From contig NZ_NVQC01000030.1 of assembly GCF_003044035.1 (NCBI RefSeq), positions 61,957-93,956 on the forward strand: a DNA stretch of 32,000 nucleotides, in the 5' to 3' direction. The translations under genes and the position numbers were made by a program. This document shows, piece by piece, positions 14,071 through 23,397 of this stretch. The notes under the pieces were generated by a model. It worked only from the letters and a program-made list of their open reading frames with translations. It ran no database searches and was not told where the DNA came from. This DNA is from Candidatus Methylomirabilis limnetica (GTDB lineage: Bacteria; Methylomirabilota; Methylomirabilia; Methylomirabilales; Methylomirabilaceae). Positions within the stretch are counted from its first letter, which is position 1. Each line of letters starts with the position of its first letter.

Positions 14071-16044
14071 ATGAACCAGATTGCTGCTTCCCAGCTTAGC
14101 GGCTTGACCGGCCTCAAAGTGGTCTCCTTTGAAAGTCGCCTGGCTGGTGCCATGGCTGACCTGATCAGCCGCCAAGGCGGGACTCCTATCTCCGCGCCGG
14201 CTGTCCGAGAGGTTCCGCTCGCGGAAAACCCGGAAGCGTTAAAATTCGCGAGAGAGTTATTGGCCGGTCGGATCGACATGATCGTGCTGTTGACCGGCGT
14301 TGGCATCCGCGCCCTACTTACCGCAATTGAAGGCGCCTACCCACGCGCAGAGATCCTTGCCGCGTTGAGCCGAATCCCGACCATTGTCCGCGGTTCAAAA
14401 TCGCAGACGGTGCTGCGCGATCTGGGCGTCCCGATTACGGTGGCTGTCCCGGAACCGAACACCTGGCGTGAAATTCTGAGCGCTATCGACGACGCAGCGA
14501 TCCCCCTGCAAGGTCGGCGGGTGGCGGTACAGGAGTACGGACGGAGCAACCCGGAGCTGGTTGCCGGGCTCGCGGCGCGAGGGGCCTCCGTGATGCGGGT
14601 CTCCGTCTACCGATGGGCATTGCCAGAGGACTGTGGCCCTCTTCGGCGCGCAATCAAGGCCATCACCGAGCGGGAGGTCGATCTGGTCCTCTTTACCACC
14701 GCAGTGCAGGTGGATCATCTGCTGCAGGTCGCAGCGGAATCCGGGTTGGAGGAGTCGCTGCGGGCAGGACTCCAGGACGCGGTCGTCGCGTCAATTGGCC
14801 CCACCTGCAGCAGAGCCATGCGCGAGCATGGCCTGGTTGTGGACCTGGAGCCGGAGCATCCGAAGATGGGGCCCCTGATCCTCACTGTCGCACGCCATGC
14901 ACACGTACTGCGACGGATCAAGCGAGCAAGGGTGGTGCGGGGTACGGGGTGCCTGCCTGCGCCGTGCGAAGTGCGGCAGGCAGGCGAGGTGCGGGAGGAC
15001 CGATCTGCGGAACTGCTGCAAGAGAGTGCCTTCCTGAAAGCCTGCCGCCTGGAGCCAACGCCCTATACGCCGATCTGGATCATGCGGCAGGCCGGGCGCT
15101 ACCTGCCGGAGTACCGTGAGATCCGCGGCAAGCTCTCGTTTCTGGAGCTGTGTCACCGGCCGGATCTGGCGGCTGAGGTCGCGGTGACGGCCGTTGAACG
15201 CCTTGGGGTGGATGCCGCGATCATCTTCGGGGACATCTTGCTGGTGGTGGAACCGATGGGGGTCGGCCTCGAGTTTACGAAGGGCGATGGCCCGGTCATC
15301 CACGACCCGGTGAGATCCGGGGCTGACCTGAAAAGACTACAGCCGGTCGATGTGCAGGAATCGCTGTCGTTCCTCTTCGAAGCGGTGCGCCTGGCGCGGG
15401 CGGCCCTTCCGCCTAATATTCCCCTCATCGGGTTCGCCGGGGCGCCGTTTACCCTGGCCTCGTACCTGGTTGAGGGTCGCGGGTCGCGTCAGTATCAACA
15501 CACCAAATCACTCATGTACCGCGACCCGGGGGCTTGGCATGCTCTGATGGAACGGCTGTCGGATGTCGTATCCGGCTACCTGAACGGCCAGATCGCCGCG
15601 GGGGCCCAGGTGGCGCAATTGTTCGATAGCTGGGTCGGCTGTCTCAGCCCGGATGACTACCGCGAGTTTGTCCTGCCCCACACGAAACGCGTCATCGCGA
15701 ATCTGACGCCGGGCGTACCGGTCATTCACTTTGGGACCGATACGGCCACGCTGCTCCCACTGATACGGGAGGCGGGCGGGAATGTTATCGGGCTGGATTG
15801 GCGCGTTGATCTGGACGAGGCGTGGGCGCGTCTCGGGCATGAGGTCGGGGTGCAAGGCAACCTGGACCCGATGGTGCTCCTTGCCGAGCCCGATGAGATT
15901 CGCCGCCAGGCCGGACGGATTCTTGAGCGTGCCGCGAAACGTCCGGGCCATATCTTCAACCTCGGTCATGGGGTGTTGCCACAAACCCCCGTGGACCACT
16001 TGCGCGCGCTCATCGACTATGTTCACGAAGAGACGGCGAGATGA
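14071..16044 (+). CDS. hemE: fused uroporphyrinogen-III synthase (HemD-like, N-terminal ~270 aa) / uroporphyrinogen decarboxylase (HemE, C-terminal ~345 aa)
   Basis: Single uninterrupted 657-aa ORF. The C-terminal part has the HemE signature TPIWIMRQAGRYLPEYREIR and ends in GHIFNLGHGV. The N-terminal part (LKVVSFESRLAGAMADLISRQGGTPISAPAVREVPL...) looks HemD-like. Confidence 0.8.
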   Translation: MNQIAASQLSGLTGLKVVSFESRLAGAMADLISRQGGTPISAPAVREVPLAENPEALKFARELLAGRIDMIVLLTGVGIRALLTAIEGAYPRAEILAALSRIPTIVRGSKSQTVLRDLGVPITVAVPEPNTWREILSAIDDAAIPLQGRRVAVQEYGRSNPELVAGLAARGASVMRVSVYRWALPEDCGPLRRAIKAITEREVDLVLFTTAVQVDHLLQVAAESGLEESLRAGLQDAVVASIGPTCSRAMREHGLVVDLEPEHPKMGPLILTVARHAHVLRRIKRARVVRGTGCLPAPCEVRQAGEVREDRSAELLQESAFLKACRLEPTPYTPIWIMRQAGRYLPEYREIRGKLSFLELCHRPDLAAEVAVTAVERLGVDAAIIFGDILLVVEPMGVGLEFTKGDGPVIHDPVRSGADLKRLQPVDVQESLSFLFEAVRLARAALPPNIPLIGFAGAPFTLASYLVEGRGSRQYQHTKSLMYRDPGAWHALMERLSDVVSGYLNGQIAAGAQVAQLFDSWVGCLSPDDYREFVLPHTKRVIANLTPGVPVIHFGTDTATLLPLIREAGGNVIGLDWRVDLDEAWARLGHEVGVQGNLDPMVLLAEPDEIRRQAGRILERAAKRPGHIFNLGHGVLPQTPVDHLRALIDYVHEETAR

Positions 16045-17008
16045 CGTGGCTCCACCATTCGACGCCGTCCTGATGATCGCCTTTGGAGGCCCTACAAAGC
16101 CTGATGAGGTCCGTCCATTTCTGAGCAATGTACTTCGGGGCGTACCGGTGCCACCGGGACGCCTGGAAGAGGTCGCTCGGCACTACGACCAGCTTGGCGG
16201 TAGGTCGCCGATAACCGATCTGACCTTCCAGCAGGCAAAGAGCCTGGCGGCTCTGCTAGAGCGGGAGGGGCCGAGACTTCCCGTGTACGTCGGGATGCGA
16301 TACTGGCACCCCATGACCAGCGAGACGGTCGAACAGATGGTCCACGATAACGTGAAGCGCGCTGTCGGGCTCATCATGGCCCCGCACGATTCCGGGGCAG
16401 CGAGCTGGGAGAAATCGGTGGGGACGGTCACCGACGCACTGATAGCTGCAGGGCCCAGGGCGCCACACGTAGACTTCGCCCAGCCCTGCTACAATCACCC
16501 GGATTTTATCGCGGCCGTGGCCGAGCAGATCCGCCTGCAACTGCAAGAGACTCCGCCCGATCTCCGTTCCCCGCTTAAAGCATGCGGGGACAGGCGCAGC
16601 ACATGGCTGCTCTTCACGGCCCATAGTATTCCAACCTCCATGGCCGCATCATCGCCATACGTTCAGCAGTTACATGAATCGTGCCGACTCGTGGCGGCAG
16701 CCTTGGGGCACCCGGACTGGTCACTCGCCTACCAGAGCCGCAGCGGCGATCCACGGCAGCCGTGGCTTACGCCTGATGTGAGCGATGTCCTGCGGAAGCT
16801 CAAGGCCGAAGGGTGCAGATCGGTGGTACTGGCCCCCATAGGATTTGTGTGCGATAACGTCGAGGTGCTGTTCGATCTGGACGTAGAAGCGAAGGCGGAG
16901 GCTGATGTGCTGGGGCTCGATCTCAAGCGGGCCAACGCGGTGAACGATCATCCGCTCTACATCCGGGCGCTGGCAGATCTGGTACGGCGGCGCGTGAACC
17001 AGAGCTAG
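16019..17008 (+). CDS. hemH: ferrochelatase (possibly coproporphyrin ferrochelatase)
   Basis: DAVLMIAFGGPTKPDEVRPFLSNV, LLFTAHSIP and PIGFVCDNVEVLFDLD are present. Start is ATG 16019, or GTG 16046 immediately after the hemE stop. The longer track ORF from 15782 overlaps hemE out of frame. Confidence 0.85.
   Translation: MFTKRRRDDVAPPFDAVLMIAFGGPTKPDEVRPFLSNVLRGVPVPPGRLEEVARHYDQLGGRSPITDLTFQQAKSLAALLEREGPRLPVYVGMRYWHPMTSETVEQMVHDNVKRAVGLIMAPHDSGAASWEKSVGTVTDALIAAGPRAPHVDFAQPCYNHPDFIAAVAEQIRLQLQETPPDLRSPLKACGDRRSTWLLFTAHSIPTSMAASSPYVQQLHESCRLVAAALGHPDWSLAYQSRSGDPRQPWLTPDVSDVLRKLKAEGCRSVVLAPIGFVCDNVEVLFDLDVEAKAEADVLGLDLKRANAVNDHPLYIRALADLVRRRVNQS
16568..16595 (+). repeat. palindromic unit TCCCCGC-N9-GCGGGGACAGGC inside the hemH CDS
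   Basis: Near-identical to 5786-5813. Encodes SPLKACGDR in frame just before the conserved FTAHSIP strand. Confidence 0.7.
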
Positions 17009-17052
17009 ATGACCCTTTTCGAGTACGGATCATACGTTTTGGACAGCAGGGG

Positions 17053-18573
17053 GTGGGAATAGAGCCGGGTAACAACCTAAAGCGTATCGTCGTGGTCGGG
17101 GGCGGCATCGCGGGCCTCGCCGCTGCATACCGGCTACAGGAGCGGCACAGCAGCGAACTGGCGCCCTGCGAGGTGATGCTCCTCGAGGCAGGCTCGCGCC
17201 CCGGTGGCGTGATCGGCACAACGTGTCGGGACGGCTTCATCCTTGAATCGGGACCGGATACCTTATTCACTGACAAGCCGTGGGCGGTAGACCTCATCAG
17301 GCGCCTCGACCTGAGCGATCGGATCATCGGGACCAGCGAGATCCATCGCCGGACGTTCGTCGCCATGGGCAAAACGCTTCATCCTCTGCCTGAAGGGTTC
17401 ACCTTGCTGGCGCCAACGCGAATCTGGCCGTTTTTGCGATCGGGGCTGCTCACCTGGCGCGGCAAAGCGAGAATGGCCTTAGACCTGGTCTTACCCCGTG
17501 GGCAGCCAAGTCCCGATGAAAGTCTTGCGTCGTTCGTTCGACGTCGTCTGGGAGCGGAAGCGCTCGAACGGCTGGCTCAGCCGATGATTGGAGGCATCTA
17601 CTCGGCAGACCCGGAACGGTTGAGTCTACAGGCCACCTTCCCGCAGTTTCTGCAAATGGAAGCACAGCATCGCAGCCTCATCCTTGCCCTGCGACGGAAA
17701 CGGTTGAGCGCCTCTGGCAAAACTCGCACCAAATCCGACAGCGGCCCGCGGTATAGTCTGTTTGCCACGCTGGACAATGGGCTGCAAGCGCTTGTCGATG
17801 CCTTGGTGAGGCGGTTACCGGCAGGCACGGTACGGCTTGGCTGCCCGGTCGCCGGGATCGCGCGGAGGGAGAAAGGCTGGACCATACGGCTGAAGGACGG
17901 CACTAACATCGAGGCTGATGGGGTCATTCTCGCCGTCCCCGCCTTCCAGACCGCCGTACTAACGCATGACCTTGACGGCGACCTCGCTCGAGAGCTGGAG
18001 GCCATCCCCTACGCCTCCTCGGTCACGATCAGCCTCGCCTATCGGAAGGATGCGATTCCCCATCCGCTCGATGGTTTTGGATTTGTTGTGCCGGCCTGCG
18101 AGGGGCGCACCATCATCGCCTGCTCTTTTAGTAGCGTGAAGTTCGCCAATCGCGCGCCTGCCGGCCACGCCCTGCTGCGCACCTTCGCGGGCGGGGCACT
18201 CCAGCCCGAACCATTCGAATGGGATGATGAGCGGCTGCTTACTGCGGTTCGCCACGACCTGAAGGAGCTCCTGGGGATTGAAACTGCTCCGTTGTGGAGT
18301 CATCTGGTACGGCACCCTCAGTCGATGCCACAGTACCATGTGGGGCACCTGGCTCGGCTGGCAACGCTCGAACGCCAGCTTCGCCGGTGGCCAACCCTCA
18401 AACTGGCCGGCAACGCGTACCGCGGCGTCGGCGTCCCCGACGCGATTCGTAGCGGCGAAGCGGCTGCTGATGCCCTGCTGGCAGAGTTGACCCCGGCGCA
18501 GGGAGAAGGATATGCCGGGACGATGCTGACCGAGCCATCCGGTGCTTGTGCCGCAGGAGATTCTCTCCTATAA
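17053..18573 (+). CDS. hemY: FAD-dependent protoporphyrinogen/coproporphyrinogen oxidase (HemY-type)
   Basis: N-terminal dinucleotide fold IVVVGGGIAGLAAAYRL. Length and C-terminal GNAYRGVGVPDAIRSG are typical of HemY. GTG start. Confidence 0.85.
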   Translation: MGIEPGNNLKRIVVVGGGIAGLAAAYRLQERHSSELAPCEVMLLEAGSRPGGVIGTTCRDGFILESGPDTLFTDKPWAVDLIRRLDLSDRIIGTSEIHRRTFVAMGKTLHPLPEGFTLLAPTRIWPFLRSGLLTWRGKARMALDLVLPRGQPSPDESLASFVRRRLGAEALERLAQPMIGGIYSADPERLSLQATFPQFLQMEAQHRSLILALRRKRLSASGKTRTKSDSGPRYSLFATLDNGLQALVDALVRRLPAGTVRLGCPVAGIARREKGWTIRLKDGTNIEADGVILAVPAFQTAVLTHDLDGDLARELEAIPYASSVTISLAYRKDAIPHPLDGFGFVVPACEGRTIIACSFSSVKFANRAPAGHALLRTFAGGALQPEPFEWDDERLLTAVRHDLKELLGIETAPLWSHLVRHPQSMPQYHVGHLARLATLERQLRRWPTLKLAGNAYRGVGVPDAIRSGEAAADALLAELTPAQGEGYAGTMLTEPSGACAAGDSLL

Positions 18574-18654
18574 TCCTGTACCCGGAGGCTGAAACCGAAG
18601 ATGCTGATCGATCCAGTGTGTGATTCCGCCGCGAGCGCGAAAAGGAGATCGTCT

Positions 18655-19923
18655 ATGCAAGCAAGGAAGGTCGTTATCATGTGCGGGTTCATGGCCGCTC
18701 TAATCTTCAGTGCGGGTTGTGCGACCACGATGTCAAAGGTCGCCTACATTGTCTCAGAAGACCAGGGAACTAGCTCGGTCCTGGTTCAGAACGCAGATGG
18801 TAGCAGACCCGTACGCGTCCCGGGCTTGTCCGGGGCAATCTCGGAGATCGCCATGTCACCCAGCGGCCAGCGGCTGGCCTATGTGACTGGCGGGACCACC
18901 ACCGGCCTCGATCAGGTGTTCGTCGCCGATCTAGATGAAAACAATAACATCGTAGGGGTCAGGCGCAACTTCTCGGATGAACTGTCAACCGCGAGAAGCT
19001 TCTCGCCGAAGTTCCTCGACGACAATCGCCTCCTCTTTCTTTCGGAAAGCCAGGGTGACCGGATCCTGGTCCTGGTGGATTTGCTCACCGGAGGCAAGCA
19101 AAAGATCTCCGGAGTCAGCGGATCGATCGACACCGTGATCCGGTACAACATTAAGGGCAAAGACGCCCTCTTCTTTGGGCTGAACAAGGAGATGCGACGG
19201 TATGACCTCCCGGCCGGGCCGCTTCGGTCGGTTGTAGCTAACACGGGGAGCGTCTCCGAACTAGCCTACGAGAAGATGGGGATTTTTGAGAATACCCTCG
19301 TGTTTAGCACCCAGGTAACCCCTAAGGAACGAGCCTTCTCGCACATGCGTCTGGATGGAACAGGACTCAAGTCTGTGGCTGAGGCCCCCATTGAACTGAT
19401 CTTTCCGATCATCAGGCTGGTACTGGAACCGGCGTCGCGGGCCCAGCGGTTCAGTCTGTTTGACTTCACTATGGTCACAAGACCAGAGGACGAGACAGAC
19501 CTGATTACGCTGGAAGGCTACGAAATAACCGCGCAGAAGGTCACCGAACGGCATCTCTTCTGGGTCGTGCGAGATCTGCGGAATCCGGACATGGTCCGTG
19601 CGGTCTACGCGGCGAAGGGCTTAGAGGACCTCAGAACAGGCGCCCATGGGAGATCGGTCTACCTCGCATCGACAGGAGATCTGCTGGTCTGGTATGATCC
19701 TACCAACAAAAAGATATGGGGTGTGCCGCTCAATCAGATCGGTGGTAATCCGGTCGATCTCTCAGCCGGCGTGGCCCGGGTGGCGAACCGTCCTTTCTCG
19801 GTGTCAGCAAACAATATCGGCGTGGTCACTGAAGATGGGAAGCTATATCTGCTTTCAACTAACCGCACGTCGCCGCCCCGCTTGCTAGGGCAGGGAATTC
19901 ACGTGGGCATCACCCGCCCGTGA
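18655..19923 (+). CDS. putative lipoprotein, beta-propeller-like (TolB/PD40-like repeat hint)
   Basis: AAGGAG lies 7 nt before ATG 18655. Signal peptide [22 protein letters not shown] has a lipobox-like Cys. [11 protein letters not shown]-type repeat is present. Confidence 0.6.
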   Translation: MQARKVVIMCGFMAALIFSAGCATTMSKVAYIVSEDQGTSSVLVQNADGSRPVRVPGLSGAISEIAMSPSGQRLAYVTGGTTTGLDQVFVADLDENNNIVGVRRNFSDELSTARSFSPKFLDDNRLLFLSESQGDRILVLVDLLTGGKQKISGVSGSIDTVIRYNIKGKDALFFGLNKEMRRYDLPAGPLRSVVANTGSVSELAYEKMGIFENTLVFSTQVTPKERAFSHMRLDGTGLKSVAEAPIELIFPIIRLVLEPASRAQRFSLFDFTMVTRPEDETDLITLEGYEITAQKVTERHLFWVVRDLRNPDMVRAVYAAKGLEDLRTGAHGRSVYLASTGDLLVWYDPTNKKIWGVPLNQIGGNPVDLSAGVARVANRPFSVSANNIGVVTEDGKLYLLSTNRTSPPRLLGQGIHVGITRP

Positions 19924-19963
19924 TTTGTTCCCGCGTAAGGACGCTGCACATGAGGAGGAATCG

Positions 19964-21637
19964 ATGACCTTCGATCCAAGACATAAAAGCCGCACCTTAC
20001 TCGATGGTCCGGACCGCGCGCCGGCAAGGGCGATGCTCAAGGCCATCGGTTTCAAGGATGAGGATCTAGCTCGACCGCTAGTCGGCGTGGCCCATTGCTG
20101 GATCGAGGTCATGCCTTGCAACTTCAACCACCGGACGCTGGCCGAGCGAGTCAAGGCGGGCATTCGGGCCGCCGGCGGGACACCGATCGAGTACAATACG
20201 ATTGCGATCTCCGATGGCGTCGCCATGGGGACCGAAGGGATGAAGACGTCCCTGGTGAGCCGGGAGGTCGTAGCCGACTCGATCGAGCTGGTCGCCAGAG
20301 GTCACCTCTTTGACGCCCTTGTCGCCATCTCCGGCTGCGATAAGACAATCCCTGGTACCGTCATGGCTCTGACCCGCCTCAACATCCCGGGACTCATGCT
20401 CTATAGCGGCTCCACCGAATTCGGCGAGTACGAGGGCCGCCACCTCACGATCCAGGATGTCTTTGAGGCTGTAGGCGCTTTCAATGCGAGCAAGATGTCG
20501 GCTGAGGAACTTTGCGCCATCGAGGGCCATGCCTGCCCGGGCGCCGGTGCCTGCGGCGGCCAGTTCACCGCCAACACCATGTCCACCGCCTTTGAGATGA
20601 TTGGCATCTCGCCGATGGGATGGAATGGTGTCCCGGCAGTAGATGCAGGGAAGGAGGACGTAGCGTTCGAGTGCGGGAGACTGGTGATGGAGGTGTTGCG
20701 ACGCGGCGTGACCCCGAAAGCGATCCTCACCCGCAAGGCCTTTCTGAACGCCATCGCCGGAGTGATGGCCACTGGGGGATCCACCAACGCCGTGCTCCAC
20801 CTACTCGCTGTGGCCAAGGCGGCCGGTGTCAAGCTGTCCCTGGGCGATTTCGATCGAATATCGAGAAAGATCCCGCTTCTGGCCGATCTGAAGCCGTGGG
20901 GACGCTTTACCGCTCCGGACATGCACCGGGCTGGCGGTATGACGGTGGTAGCCAAACGTCTCCTTGATGCGGGTCTCCTTCACGCTGACGAGCTGACGGT
21001 CACCGGCAAGACGATCGGCGAGGAAGCGCGGGGCGCCCGCGAAACCCCGCGGCAGGAGGTGATCCGACCGCTCAAGCGGCCGCTCAAGCCGACCGGGGGC
21101 ATGGTAATCCTCAAGGGTAATCTTGCGCCGGAAGGGTGTGTGGCGAAGGTTGCCGGTCACGAGCGGATGCTCCATCGTGGCCCGGCGCGGGTCTTTAACC
21201 GAGAAGAGGATACCTTCACCGCCGTCAAGTCCGGGAAGATCAAGGCGGGCGACGTGATCGTGATTCGCTACGAGGGGCCCAAGGGCGGGCCAGGAATGCG
21301 CGAGATGCTTGGCGTCACCGGGGCTCTTGCCGGCGCGGGACTCCTGGACTCAGTGGCGCTGATGACCGATGGGCGTTTTTCGGGTGCAACGCATGGCCTG
21401 ATGGTTGGCCACATTGCCCCGGAAGCGGCAGTGGGTGGACCGATCGCGGCGCTGCGTAACGGCGACATCGTGGTCTTGGACATCAAGAAGCGGCGGCTCG
21501 ACGTGGAGCTGTCAGCCGCCGAGTTCAAACGGCGACTCCGAAAGTGGAAGCCGCCAGCCCCCCGGTACAAGAGCGGCGTTATGGCCAAGTACGCCCGCAC
21601 GGTTTCGTCGGCGTCGGAAGGCGCTGTTACTGATTGA
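19964..21637 (+). CDS. ilvD: dihydroxy-acid dehydratase
   Basis: [28 protein letters not shown] and [14 protein letters not shown] are present. GAGGAGG lies upstream of ATG 19964. Confidence 0.95.
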   Translation: MTFDPRHKSRTLLDGPDRAPARAMLKAIGFKDEDLARPLVGVAHCWIEVMPCNFNHRTLAERVKAGIRAAGGTPIEYNTIAISDGVAMGTEGMKTSLVSREVVADSIELVARGHLFDALVAISGCDKTIPGTVMALTRLNIPGLMLYSGSTEFGEYEGRHLTIQDVFEAVGAFNASKMSAEELCAIEGHACPGAGACGGQFTANTMSTAFEMIGISPMGWNGVPAVDAGKEDVAFECGRLVMEVLRRGVTPKAILTRKAFLNAIAGVMATGGSTNAVLHLLAVAKAAGVKLSLGDFDRISRKIPLLADLKPWGRFTAPDMHRAGGMTVVAKRLLDAGLLHADELTVTGKTIGEEARGARETPRQEVIRPLKRPLKPTGGMVILKGNLAPEGCVAKVAGHERMLHRGPARVFNREEDTFTAVKSGKIKAGDVIVIRYEGPKGGPGMREMLGVTGALAGAGLLDSVALMTDGRFSGATHGLMVGHIAPEAAVGGPIAALRNGDIVVLDIKKRRLDVELSAAEFKRRLRKWKPPAPRYKSGVMAKYARTVSSASEGAVTD

Positions 21638-21785
21638 GCAGCCATCAGCGGTCAGCTTTCAGCGGGGGACCAATGCGGAAAACGAGAGCGGTTACAGGCG
21701 AGTTCCGGTATTCGGCGGTGGGGCAGGTTTCGCATATCATTAGTTTTTGCTAAGGGCTGACGGCTGATGCCTGAGAGCTACTAAG

Positions 21786-22421
21786 ATGGAATGGCTGTGG
21801 GATCTCTTTCACAGAGTGTACGATGTGGAGGCCCTGGTACGTGTCGGCGGCCTCACGGTCCTGATCGCTATCGTCTTCGTGGAGACTGGTCTCTTTGTCG
21901 GCTTCTTCCTGCCAGGGGATTCCCTCCTTGTTACGGCAGGGCTGTTCGCCGCCAGCGGGCACCTGGAGTTGTGGAGCCTCTTTCTCTTCGTCAGCCTGGC
22001 CGCGATTATCGGGGATACGGTCGGCTACGCCATCGGGGCGAGTACCGGACCGAAAATTTTCAACCGCGAAAACTCGCTGTTTTTCCACAAGAAGCACCTC
22101 ACCACGACCAAAGAGTTTTACGATCGGTACGGCGGGATTACGATCATCATTGCCCGGTTCATGCCTATCGTCCGCACCTTTGCTCCCCTCGTAGCGGGTG
22201 TAGGGGGCATGCAATACAGTCGATTTGCCCTCTATAACGTGATGGGAGGGGTCGGCTGGGTCGTCAGCATGACGTCTATCGGCTACATCCTTGGTAGAAC
22301 AATCCCGGATATTGACAAGTACATCCAGGTCGTCATCGCCCTCGTCATTGGGCTTTCCCTACTCCCCGGGATTATTACTTTTGTGCGAAGCAGCCGGCGA
22401 GCCCGCAAGCCTTCCATGTAA
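21786..22421 (+). CDS. dedA: DedA-family membrane protein
   Basis: FFLPGDSLLVTAGLFAASG and ARFMPIVRTFAPLVAGV are typical DedA/SNARE-associated motifs. Confidence 0.85.
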   Translation: MEWLWDLFHRVYDVEALVRVGGLTVLIAIVFVETGLFVGFFLPGDSLLVTAGLFAASGHLELWSLFLFVSLAAIIGDTVGYAIGASTGPKIFNRENSLFFHKKHLTTTKEFYDRYGGITIIIARFMPIVRTFAPLVAGVGGMQYSRFALYNVMGGVGWVVSMTSIGYILGRTIPDIDKYIQVVIALVIGLSLLPGIITFVRSSRRARKPSM

Positions 22422-22429
22422 TCTCCCCC

Positions 22430-22548
22430 GTAGGGGCGCTGCTTGCTGCGCCCTTCTTGGGGTTAGACGCTGTTGGGCAGGGCAAGCCCTGCCCCTACAA
22501 CAAATGTGTCTGTCCAGATGGGGCGAACGCGCAGGTTCGCCCCTACAA
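22430..22548. repeat. cluster of three REP-like hairpins with GTAG/CTAC heads
   Basis: GTAGGGGCGC-N7/8-GCGCCC (inverted orientation), GGGCAGGGC-AA-GCCCTGCCCCTACAA, and GGGGCGAAC-N6-GTTCGCCCCTACAA. Confidence 0.65.
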
Positions 22549-22852
22549 TGGTGTATCTAAACGGATAATAATCGCAGTTTCTCGGGGGTTCCTCCAGTCT
22601 ATCCCCACATTGTTGACTGGGCGGAGTTGCCCTTTTTTTGGGCTTGCCTCCCTCCAATAGGCGAGTTATCCTTATTTTGTGCCTGGCAGGTCTGCTGGAT
22701 GATGAAGTTACCCTGGCGCGTCTAAGCTTATCACCTCCAGCGAGGGGCTTCAACCGGCCCCTCCTTCACGCCAGTCACGGTGCCTCATTATCATACTGCC
22801 CCATCGTAGTGAAGCCGAGCTTGCCCTTTTCAGATCGTACCGATGGTGATTG

Positions 22853-23389
22853 ATGGCGATGGAGCTATACCTTAGCGAGAATGCCTTTGTCGGACTGCTG
22901 GTCTCGACCATTGAAGTCTACCGCAAGGAGTGCTTCGGGGTTCTGCTTGGCCAGAGCATGTCCGAACGAATCCTCGTCGATTTCGTGGTTCCGTACCAGA
23001 CGGCGACCCGGAAGTTTCGCGAGGTACACGTTGATCTGATGCGGAGTCAACGGGTCGAGGAGGCTGTCAGGAGTACCTCGCGCTGGGAGTGCGTGGGCGA
23101 CTATCACTCGCACCCGATGTATGGCGCCGTCCGAGCGACCACGATACTGAGTGCGGCCGATAGGCATTTCTTCAAGGATGGAAACGTCGCCATTGTGGTC
23201 GCCATTAACGATTCGGCGAGGCAACAGCGATGGAACTATGTACAGGGTGGCGGTGTGTCCGGCAGTATTAACGGGTACAACATCCGGATTGCCGGATACT
23301 ACAAAGCCAACGGAACCATCGAGCGAGCGCCGATCCACTGCCCGTATGCCATCGGGTTTCAGGCCAAGGAGCTGAACACCAAGGAGTGA
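22853..23389 (+). CDS. JAB/MPN (JAMM) domain metalloprotease
   Basis: Conserved Glu in YRKECFGVLLG, and JAMM motif HSHPMYGAVRATTILSAAD (HxH...S..D). Start is ATG 22853 or 22859; the track starts at TTG 22850. Confidence 0.7.
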   Translation: MAMELYLSENAFVGLLVSTIEVYRKECFGVLLGQSMSERILVDFVVPYQTATRKFREVHVDLMRSQRVEEAVRSTSRWECVGDYHSHPMYGAVRATTILSAADRHFFKDGNVAIVVAINDSARQQRWNYVQGGGVSGSINGYNIRIAGYYKANGTIERAPIHCPYAIGFQAKELNTKE

Positions 23390-23397
23390 GTCGCGCT

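Noticed and set aside
15782-16018. N-terminal 79-codon extension of the hemH ORF
   Set aside because: It overlaps the 3' end of hemE in another frame and has no similarity to ferrochelatase. Ferrochelatase homology starts at ...DAVLMIAFGGP, so ATG 16019 or GTG 16046 is the real start.
18601-18654. Upstream extension of the lipoprotein ORF (MLIDPVCDSAASAKRRSS...)
   Set aside because: A strong AAGGAG precedes ATG 18655, and a signal peptide with a lipobox-like Cys begins there. The extension would bury the signal peptide.
21644-21767. 14-nt imperfect inverted repeat CATCAGCGGTCAGC / GCTGACGGCTGATG between ilvD and dedA, reminiscent of the cassette arms
   Set aside because: The arm topology is reversed (CAGC-type arm first). 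It has no GTAACTACTCAGG terminus and no four-helix-bundle relic inside, so it is probably an unrelated stem or chance similarity.
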